Of a DNA stretch of 64,000 bases, positions 56,589 through 64,000 are shown one piece after another. Position 1 is the stretch's first letter. Every line of letters starts with the position of its first letter. Position numbers and translations under genes: made by a program. This stretch comes from a bacterium (GTDB taxonomy: Bacteria > Zhuqueibacterota > Zhuqueibacteria > Residuimicrobiales > Krinioviventaceae). The notes below the pieces were generated by a model, which was not told the origin of the DNA, ran no database searches, and saw only the letters and a program-made list of their open reading frames with translations. The stretch covers positions 256,001 to 320,000 of the forward strand of contig CAXXFV010000015.1 in assembly GCA_963674595.2 (NCBI GenBank), in the 5' to 3' direction.

Positions 56589-57623
56589 ATGCAAAGAAAT
56601 TGTATTTTTTCCAAAATTATATTGGCTCTTTGTGCGTCATTTTTCACTATCTCATGTGATGAAAAACCGACTGAAGCAGTTATTGAATTGCCGGTGGTAT
56701 CGACATTAGAAATTTCAGCAATACGGGACAGTTCCGTCCAATGCGAAGGCGTGTTAGTATCCGAAGGTGGTGCGCCGGTAACTGAGTATGGCATCTGTTG
56801 GCGAAAGAACCTGATGCCGTCAGTTGAACACGACCGGACAATAATCCAAAGCCAGAACGCAGATAGCTTTAAAAGCCAAATAACCGGCTTGTTGCCGAAT
56901 AAAGTTTACAAGGTCCGGGCTTATGCTACAAATAGTGCCGGTACAAGTTATGGTAAATACAAGGAATTTAAGACCAGGCCTTTACCAACCGGTTTGTTGA
57001 CGGACATTGACGGCAATACCTATATAACTGTGAAAATTGGTGAGCAATGGTGGACTGCTGAAAATCTTAGAGTCACCCATTATCGCAATGGCGACGCTAT
57101 ACCCAATGTTGTTGAAAATTCGGAATGGAGAAATTTGACAACAGGCGCTTATTGTGCTTATAACAATGATGAAAACATTGCCGATATTTATGGTTATTTA
57201 TATAATTGGTATGTTATTAAGGACCAACGTCAAATTGCTCCCGAAGGATGGCATGTTTCAAGTGATGGCGACTGGTTAAAGTTGGAAGAACAAATGGGCA
57301 TGGTAGGGGAATATTTCGGATGGAAATCTGCCTCTCCTAATTTTGATCAAGGTGGAAGATTAAAAGAAGCCGGAACCCTGCATTGGTCAGGGGAAAACAC
57401 TGGTGCCACAGACGAGATTGGTTTTTGTGCGCTTCCCAGTGGTTTTCGAGAAGATAAATATGGTTCATTTAAATGGTTTGGGAATTTTGCCTATTTTGGG
57501 ACCAGAACTTATAATTCTAATAATGAATATTTTATGAGAGCATTGGCTTTCAATAGTACAGAGATTTTTCGAAATTCCCTTAATGTAAAAACAGGACTAT
57601 CCATTCGTCTTGTAAAAGACTAA
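56589..57623 (+). CDS. FN3 + FISUMP (Fibrobacter succinogenes major paralogous) domain lipoprotein
   Basis: TISC lipobox; YKVRAYATNSAGTSYG; DIDGNTY.TVKIG.Q.W.AENL, YGYLYNW and GLSIRLVKD. Confidence 0.9.
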   Translation: MQRNCIFSKIILALCASFFTISCDEKPTEAVIELPVVSTLEISAIRDSSVQCEGVLVSEGGAPVTEYGICWRKNLMPSVEHDRTIIQSQNADSFKSQITGLLPNKVYKVRAYATNSAGTSYGKYKEFKTRPLPTGLLTDIDGNTYITVKIGEQWWTAENLRVTHYRNGDAIPNVVENSEWRNLTTGAYCAYNNDENIADIYGYLYNWYVIKDQRQIAPEGWHVSSDGDWLKLEEQMGMVGEYFGWKSASPNFDQGGRLKEAGTLHWSGENTGATDEIGFCALPSGFREDKYGSFKWFGNFAYFGTRTYNSNNEYFMRALAFNSTEIFRNSLNVKTGLSIRLVKD

Positions 57624-57878
57624 TTGGTTCACTGTTGAAAGGTACATATCATTATATTATTTTTATTCTGTTGGAATTACACAGGGAATAAAATTTGACC
57701 AGAAGGTTGCAGGACGGGTAGAAATTTATATATCTAATGCCCAGAAGCAGCATTTGACAACTTTTATTGCCGGCCTGTTTTTACAAAATCTATTATTATG
57801 TCCGGGATTTTCAAGCGGTCTGTATACCAATAAACTGTGGAAACTTTAGGTAATAAAAAATGGTGTATGTAAAATAGA

Positions 57879-59012
57879 TTAAGAATTCCCCTTGCTGTCC
57901 AGGTATTGTTTGGGTGACATACCGGTTGTTTCTTTAAATATTCGAAAGAAAGAAGACCGGGAATTAAATCCGGCGGCGTCACTGACAGAGTCTATTGTCA
58001 TTTGATTTGGCAGGTTTAATAACAGTTCTTTACTTTTTTCTACCCGATAATAGTTTACAAAACTATGAAAATTATCAAATCCGGAATTTTTAAAAAGTTG
58101 GGGCAATCGGTATTTGGGGATGCCTGTTAATATTGACAATTGTACTAATGTGAGTTTTGGATTTAAAAAGGGTTCTTCAGCAAGCATTATTCCCTCAAGA
58201 TGTTGCTGGTCTTTCTCTTCGTTGTTATTTATTTCGATATTTTTTTTATCAATGGATTTTTCTTCAGAGGATATTATCTCTGCAAGATCTTCATGAAGAA
58301 ATGCATGTAAAAACAAAAACAAAGAAATGGCTACCATGGGTATTGCCGCCATAAAAAATAGAATGGGTATATTATAAATTCCCCAAAAAGACAAACCTTC
58401 AAACACACCATTCACAGCAATAAAAACAGCACCGTATCTTACCCAGGTTGAATAATAATCAGGCATCCAGGATGCATTTTGCTTTATCCTTTTTATGTAG
58501 TTGTGATACAATTTGCTGATCAATATTGTATAGAGAATTGATTGGATGAAAACAATAAAGCGTGTGTTGACAAACAGATTGGAATAATTGCTACATTGTC
58601 TCCAACTCAATGTTAAAAAATTGTTAAAAAATTCATAACTGCCAAGGGATTCCTGTTGTGATTGTGATGGGAAAACAACCAAAGAGACCAAAAGAACCAC
58701 CATAGGCACTGTTAAATGCAGTAAATCAGCGGTACCTGGTTTTTTATTTATCTCCCCAAGTTTCGAAAAATAAAGCCATGTTAGAGGAATGGAAAGAACT
58801 TTTAAAGGTCCTGTGATTAAGGTAATCCACTCTAAATTTTTATCCAGAAATATGAGCACCGGCGCTGCCAGATAAACAGCCCGAAGCAAAATATTAAGAT
58901 ACACATATTCAATGCCCCGCTCTTTATAAAAGCGGCTGATGAAAACGAGAGCAATCCCCAATGTAAAATGGATTATTGCAAGAGTTGAAAAAAGCAGCGT
59001 CTGTATATTCAT
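57879..59012 (-). CDS. Membrane-integral AraC-family transcriptional regulator
   Basis: Multi-TM N-terminus; FLNPKLTL, FVNYYRVE and AGFNSRSSFFRIFKETTGMSP. Confidence 0.92.
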   Translation of the reverse strand: MNIQTLLFSTLAIIHFTLGIALVFISRFYKERGIEYVYLNILLRAVYLAAPVLIFLDKNLEWITLITGPLKVLSIPLTWLYFSKLGEINKKPGTADLLHLTVPMVVLLVSLVVFPSQSQQESLGSYEFFNNFLTLSWRQCSNYSNLFVNTRFIVFIQSILYTILISKLYHNYIKRIKQNASWMPDYYSTWVRYGAVFIAVNGVFEGLSFWGIYNIPILFFMAAIPMVAISLFLFLHAFLHEDLAEIISSEEKSIDKKNIEINNNEEKDQQHLEGIMLAEEPFLNPKLTLVQLSILTGIPKYRLPQLFKNSGFDNFHSFVNYYRVEKSKELLLNLPNQMTIDSVSDAAGFNSRSSFFRIFKETTGMSPKQYLDSKGNS

Positions 59013-59115
59013 TTACTAAAATCGATTCATAAAACTGGTCATAGTTTTAAGATAATAAAACAACATAAAATTTTCAAGTTATTCTATAATCGAAAAATTT
59101 AATTTATTGTAGATG

Positions 59116-59148
59116 TTGGGACTTGTTTTTAGTGTTTTGGGACTTGTT
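59116..59148 (+). repeat. 12-bp direct repeat TTGGGACTTGTT at 21-bp spacing (candidate AraC-family site)
   Basis: Exact copies at 59116-59127 and 59137-59148 in the divergent araC/lectin intergenic region. Confidence 0.7.
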
Positions 59149-59274
59149 ATCTCTGAATAATTTGAAATAATTTTTTAATATACGTTGCATCTCCAGACAG
59201 CCATCCCTTGCATTTTTATCCAAATAATTTCTCCGTAAAGGAGACAAATTTTCAAATTAATATTAGGAGACTCT

Positions 59275-61293
59275 ATGCTTTTTAATCGTCTCATAAAGAT
59301 TTATTGGACAAGTTTTTTTGTTTTGGTAATGATATCGATGATCTCTGCACAAGAGATTACCATTGTACAAAATTCAGGTGATTTCAATTCCTCTCTGTGG
59401 CAGACAACCAACAGCGCTACGGTAACTTCAAATATTATGCTGACGCCGGCGAGTTCGGCCCAAAAGGGAACGGCCTATTATAAACAGCGTGTATATCTGG
59501 ACAATGACAGGTCCTTTTCTGCTTATTTTCAGTTTAGTTTAACCAATTCCGGTTCTTATTCACCGCGCACCCCCGGTGCGGATGGTTTTTGTTTTGTACT
59601 GCAAACAACATCCAATACGGCCGGTAGTGTAGGCAGCGGTATGGGCTATGCCGGTGTAACACCTTCAGTAGCCGTTGAGTTTGATACCTATCAAAATGCA
59701 AGCTCTACAGACCCGGATGAGGGAAATTCCGATGGTCATAATGCAGACGGCGGGTGGTATACTCTTGGTTATAACCATATTTCAATTTTAAGTGACGGAT
59801 CGGTCAGCAACCACTTGAGTTATGAATATTTGGATATGGGTGATGATGGCACTATTGACAGTGATAATCCCCTGCAATCAGGGACCTGGTCTGTTTGGGT
59901 GGATTATAATGGTGAGAGCGATCTATTAGAGGTCCGATATGTTAAAGACTCTACGATCCGCCCTTCATCAGCGAATTTAAGTTATAATATCGACCTGTCA
60001 AACAAATTTTCAGACCGTGATGTATTTGTGGGATTTTCATCCGCTACGGGTAATGCCTGGTCAAAACACTCTATTTTAGAGTTTTTGTTTGAAAATTCAT
60101 ACGCTTCTTCCGGCCTAAGCACCAGTGCGTCTTATACAGCGGCTACACCCCCTGCCGCACCGGATGATCAGGACCTTTCTGTTGTTTCCGGTAATACTGT
60201 TACGATTACGGCGGTCAGCAGCAGCGCGGGCGTGGATGATTATTTTTGGTTTGACAGCTCTACCAGTGAAAATCCCATTGCCACTGGATCGGCTTATACT
60301 ACACCTGAGTTATCTTCCAGCACCATTTATTATGTTACCGCTGTAAACAACGAAGCCGGTTTGCAAAGTACGTCACGCGGTGTTGTTAGTATTACAGTGG
60401 ATTCAAACCCCCCTCCCAATCCGGCGTTGAACCCTGATCCCGAAACGAATTCAACAGATATTGACCCTGGCACCACGTTTTCATGGTCGGCGCCGACAGC
60501 CGGTGAAGCACCTACCGGGTATAAAATATATTTTGGTACGGATGATCCTCCGACTAATATTGTAAATGGTTCGGATTTGGGGAATGTAACGGTTTATGAT
60601 CCTTCTGGTTTGGTGTCTAGTACAACATATTATTGGAAAATCGTACCTTATAATGGTGACGGCGATTGTACAACAGCTCCCGTATGGAATTTTACCACAT
60701 CAGATGCCTCGTTGCCGGTAGAGCTTTCTCTCTTTACCGCCGAACAGCAGGGCGCGTCTGTGCGGCTTGAATGGACCACAGAAAGTGAACGAGATAATGC
60801 CGGGTTTGAAATTCAACGTTCGTGGAATGATAATAACTGGAAAACCATCGCTTCCTACAAAACCCATTCGGCATTGGTCGGGCAGGGCACCACATCATCG
60901 CGAACCGAATACACTTTTACTGATATATCTGCCGACGCTGACGTTTTGTATTATCGTTTACGGGATGTTCATATCAACGGATCAGCGGGAAAGTGGACGG
61001 AAACAAAGATTGTTCGAAATAATTTGCCGCAGCAGTTTGTGTTACATGATGCTTATCCCAATCCTTTTAATCCACAGACAAATATTGATTTTGAACTGCC
61101 GGAAAAATGTAATGTGTGTATAAAAATATTTAACGTTAAAGGTCAATGTGTGGAAGACTTGGCGGAACAGTCCTTTGACGCGGGCGTTCACTCTGTTGTG
61201 TGGACGGCTGTGGACCAACCCAGCGGATTGTATTTCATCCATTTACAGGCCGGAGGATTCAAGGCTGTACGCAGTGTTGTGCTTTTGAAATAA
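59275..61293 (+). CDS. Secreted L-type (legume) lectin-domain protein with Ig/FN3-like modules and FlgD/T9SS-type C-terminal domain
   Basis: Signal peptide; GADGFCF, VAVEFDT and VGFSSATG lectin motifs; YYWKIV; LPVELS.F; AYPNPFNP.T.I.F.LP. Confidence 0.88.
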   Translation: MLFNRLIKIYWTSFFVLVMISMISAQEITIVQNSGDFNSSLWQTTNSATVTSNIMLTPASSAQKGTAYYKQRVYLDNDRSFSAYFQFSLTNSGSYSPRTPGADGFCFVLQTTSNTAGSVGSGMGYAGVTPSVAVEFDTYQNASSTDPDEGNSDGHNADGGWYTLGYNHISILSDGSVSNHLSYEYLDMGDDGTIDSDNPLQSGTWSVWVDYNGESDLLEVRYVKDSTIRPSSANLSYNIDLSNKFSDRDVFVGFSSATGNAWSKHSILEFLFENSYASSGLSTSASYTAATPPAAPDDQDLSVVSGNTVTITAVSSSAGVDDYFWFDSSTSENPIATGSAYTTPELSSSTIYYVTAVNNEAGLQSTSRGVVSITVDSNPPPNPALNPDPETNSTDIDPGTTFSWSAPTAGEAPTGYKIYFGTDDPPTNIVNGSDLGNVTVYDPSGLVSSTTYYWKIVPYNGDGDCTTAPVWNFTTSDASLPVELSLFTAEQQGASVRLEWTTESERDNAGFEIQRSWNDNNWKTIASYKTHSALVGQGTTSSRTEYTFTDISADADVLYYRLRDVHINGSAGKWTETKIVRNNLPQQFVLHDAYPNPFNPQTNIDFELPEKCNVCIKIFNVKGQCVEDLAEQSFDAGVHSVVWTAVDQPSGLYFIHLQAGGFKAVRSVVLLK

Positions 61294-61361
61294 TTTGATA
61301 ATAGAATAAAATTCATAAACAGGTTTTTATTCGTATTTATCTGTCTGTGATGAATATATTT

Positions 61362-61400
61362 AAACGCTGACAGGACTTAAAATCGTGTCAGCGTTTTTTT
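61362..61400 (+). terminator. Intrinsic terminator
   Basis: AAACGCTGACA...TGTCAGCGTTTTTTT. Confidence 0.8.
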
Positions 61401-61502
61401 ATAAATAATATGTTTAAAAAGTAATGCTTTTTTGTTATATTAGTTTTAATTTTCCTGCCAATATAAACATTTTTGTCAATGTTTAATCGCCTGAGGAATA
61501 AA

Positions 61503-64000
61503 TTGACCCGATTTCATCGATTATTGTACTATAGCCTGATTCTTTTTATGGTGGTTTTTTCAAGATCAACTTTTTGTTACAGCACGTTGATGAGCGAACC
61601 CGGTAAAAATTCGAAAACATCAGATGAAATATACAATATCGAGACCGGTTGGCAGTATCGCACAGGTGATTCTCCACAGGATTCAAATGGTCGGTTAACC
61701 TGGCTGGATGATAGTCTTGATTCCAGTGCATGGACATCTGTGGACAAGTTCAGCGATATACCTGTTTCAGGATATAAAAGTCTATGGGTACGAACCCGTC
61801 TTCCGGATATTAAAGTTTTTAACTCGGCGCTCTATTTTCCAAGTGTACGGCAAATAGTTCAAATTTACTTGAATGGACAGCAAATTTATCAATTTGGCGA
61901 TTTCACAACCAAAGATAAAGACCACTTTGTGGGCTGGCGTATTATGCTTGTGCGTTTGCCCGAAGATTATGCTGATGGTATTCTCTGTTTCCGAATCTGG
62001 TCCAGCGGATCTACTATTGGTCTCAATCAGCCTCTCCGGCTTGTTTCGGCAAATGTTGTCTTAACTGACTTGTTCTTAAGAGATGCTGATGAAATTATTG
62101 TTGCGCCGCTTTTTATTATTCTTGGTTTTGTGCTGCTGATTGTTTTTTTGTTTTTTCAGAGAAACAGGCTGTTGATAGGAATTGCTCTTTTTCTAATACC
62201 AATTGGTGTATTTACAGGCAGCAATTCTTACTTTCTTCTAGCCTTGATTGACAAGCCGTATCTTTTTTTTCTGCTGGATTTTTTCTCATTAATGATTTGT
62301 CCCATTGGAGGCCTGTATCTTACAGAGCAGATTATTGTCAAAAATTTCAGGCCTGTTGTCAGGCGGCTTTGGCAGGCACACCTGATTTTGTTACTAATTT
62401 CAATAATATCCACAATTGTTTTTAAGAACCGCTTTACGGACTTGTTTTATCAGCTTTTTTTCATATTGAGTTCAGTGAGCACCATTATAAGTTTTATTTT
62501 GGTCATTAAGAGTTTACACAAAGGCAGGCGGGAGATAAAATTACTTTTTATCGGATTGATTATTTTTTACTTTTTTGGGGGCAGCGAAATTTTCCTGCAC
62601 TATGTAATACATGTGTCATCACATGTTAATTTGCTTCATTTCGGTACCTTTGGTTTTGTTGTCTGTCTGGCCTGGATCGTCATCGACAGATACATTGACA
62701 CCATTCGCCAGCAAGAGATTGCACAGGAAAAAGTTATCGAGTCGGAAAAAATTAAAGAAATCGACAGGATGAAATCCCGGTTTTTTGCCAATATTTCCCA
62801 TGAATTTCGCACGCCCCTGACATTGATTATGGGCACAGCCAAACAGATTTTGGAGACCTCGAAGGATAAAAGCATACGCACAAAATCTCAGCTACAGATA
62901 AAGAACGGAAGGCGACTGCTGAACCTGGTCAATGAACTACTGGAACTGTCCCGGATCGAAGCAGGACGTATGGATTTAAAAATCGAATTGACGGATATAT
63001 TGCCGCTGATAAAAGGGGTTTGCCACGCTTTTGAATCGTATGTATTGCATAATAAAATCGATATGGTTTTTGCATCAGATCTGGATACTGCCCTCATTTG
63101 GATTGATCGCGATAAAATAGAAAAAGTAGTGACCAATCTGGTTTCGAATGCCGTCAAGTTTACACATTCAGGCGGGCAGATCAAAATATCTGTTTCTCAA
63201 TACGAGTGCCTGGAAATAAGGATAGCCGATACGGGTCCGGGAATTGCAGGTCAGCACCTTCCCCATGTTTTCGACCGTTTTTACCAGGTGGACAATGAAT
63301 ATAGACAAGATCAGCAGGGGAGCGGCATTGGCCTTGCGTTGGCCCGTGAACTGGTACATTTGCATCATGGTGAGATTACCGCGCAAAGTGAAATCGGCAG
63401 TGGCAGCACATTCATCGTGCAGTTGCCGATAGGGCGTGAACACTTTTCAGAAGAAGAGTTGGCGGCTTTACCTTTAGTGCCTGCTTTAGAACCTGATCCA
63501 GGGGCTTCAAGTTCAGCAGAATCTCTGACAATTGAGGAGATTAGCGAGGATGTTCCGAATGTGCGTGTCCGGCGTTCAAAGAAAAAGGGTGCACCCATCA
63601 TCCTCATTACAGAGGACAATACCGACCTTCGTGCTTATATCCGTGATATAATAGAGGGGGAATACGAAATTCTGGAGGCCGGGGACGGGAAGGAAGGCTT
63701 TCAACAGGCAATTGAAAGCATACCGGATCTGGTGATCAGTGATGTGATGATGCCCAAAATGGACGGTTACCAGTTTTGTGAAAAACTAAAAACAGATGAA
63801 CGAACCAGTCACATCCCTGTGGTTTTGCTTACCGCCAGGTCGGACAGCGCCAGCAAAATAGAAGGCCTTACGCAGGGCGCCGACGACTATCTCACCAAAC
63901 CCTTTGAACCGGATGAGCTGCAAGTGCGGGTTAAAAATCTTATTGAGCAGCGCCGCAAACTGCGCGAACGGTTCAGCAGACAGATTACCACATCTTTTGC
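61503..64000 (+). CDS. Hybrid sensor histidine kinase (extracellular beta-domain + ~7TM + HisKA + HATPase + REC), 3' truncated; not in ORF track
   Basis: Open frame from TTG 61503 (GAGGA RBS) to the window end; WQYRTGD, FFANISHEFRTPLTLI, NLVSNAVKFT, GSGIGLAL and DVMMPKMDG. Confidence 0.92.
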   Translation, partial: MTRFHRLLYYSLILFMVVFSRSTFCYSTLMSEPGKNSKTSDEIYNIETGWQYRTGDSPQDSNGRLTWLDDSLDSSAWTSVDKFSDIPVSGYKSLWVRTRLPDIKVFNSALYFPSVRQIVQIYLNGQQIYQFGDFTTKDKDHFVGWRIMLVRLPEDYADGILCFRIWSSGSTIGLNQPLRLVSANVVLTDLFLRDADEIIVAPLFIILGFVLLIVFLFFQRNRLLIGIALFLIPIGVFTGSNSYFLLALIDKPYLFFLLDFFSLMICPIGGLYLTEQIIVKNFRPVVRRLWQAHLILLLISIISTIVFKNRFTDLFYQLFFILSSVSTIISFILVIKSLHKGRREIKLLFIGLIIFYFFGGSEIFLHYVIHVSSHVNLLHFGTFGFVVCLAWIVIDRYIDTIRQQEIAQEKVIESEKIKEIDRMKSRFFANISHEFRTPLTLIMGTAKQILETSKDKSIRTKSQLQIKNGRRLLNLVNELLELSRIEAGRMDLKIELTDILPLIKGVCHAFESYVLHNKIDMVFASDLDTALIWIDRDKIEKVVTNLVSNAVKFTHSGGQIKISVSQYECLEIRIADTGPGIAGQHLPHVFDRFYQVDNEYRQDQQGSGIGLALARELVHLHHGEITAQSEIGSGSTFIVQLPIGREHFSEEELAALPLVPALEPDPGASSSAESLTIEEISEDVPNVRVRRSKKKGAPIILITEDNTDLRAYIRDIIEGEYEILEAGDGKEGFQQAIESIPDLVISDVMMPKMDGYQFCEKLKTDERTSHIPVVLLTARSDSASKIEGLTQGADDYLTKPFEPDELQVRVKNLIEQRRKLRERFSRQITTSF

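Noticed and set aside
59116-59148. CRISPR or tandem-repeat array
   Set aside because: Only two 12-bp copies with a 9-bp spacer, and no cas genes in the window.
133-61242. The many 60-150 aa ORFs nested in or antisense to long genes
   Set aside because: They show no recognisable motifs and overlap well-supported CDSs.
52294-61293. Prophage or genomic island in the accessory secreted-protein region
   Set aside because: No integrase, transposase, tRNA attachment site or phage gene was seen, and I could not quantify any compositional shift.
61546-63619. Short ORFs listed on both strands near the right end
   Set aside because: They are antisense or out-of-frame shadows of the long hybrid kinase frame.

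Overview
A 64 kb AT-rich bacterial chromosomal segment, most likely from an anaerobic FCB-group lineage such as KSB1 or Calditrichota. This assignment is inferred from a FlgD/T9SS-type C-terminal sorting domain, a FISUMP lipoprotein, SD-led genes and many UroD-family and SSS paralogues. I saw no rRNA, tRNA, CRISPR array or mobile element. Main blocks in order: (1) a carbohydrate-type locus at 1-15.6 kb with four UroD/MtaA-family proteins, an oxidoreductase, an SSS transporter, GH-like proteins, a Tat-signal PLP enzyme, epimerases and a core MetE-like protein; (2) ubiE/menG-menA-CPBP; (3) cobT-cobS-cobC; (4) a 96-aa HesB-like selenoprotein with an in-frame UGA and a SECIS-like hairpin, absent from the ORF track; (5) an intramembrane-type kinase/OmpR pair divergent from a B12 radical SAM gene, sharing an 18-bp tandem box with a distant PAQR/hemolysin-III gene; (6) a TPP-riboswitch operon of PurM-like ATPase, tenA, thiE, thiL, thiD and a methyltransferase; (7) a sigma-54-type promoter ahead of a CheY-NrtA/CmpA-CheW fusion; (8) a cobalamin riboswitch with btuF/D/C-like genes and cobU; (9) accessory secreted proteins and a 3'-truncated hybrid histidine kinase. 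All family assignments come from motif recognition by eye, not from database searches.
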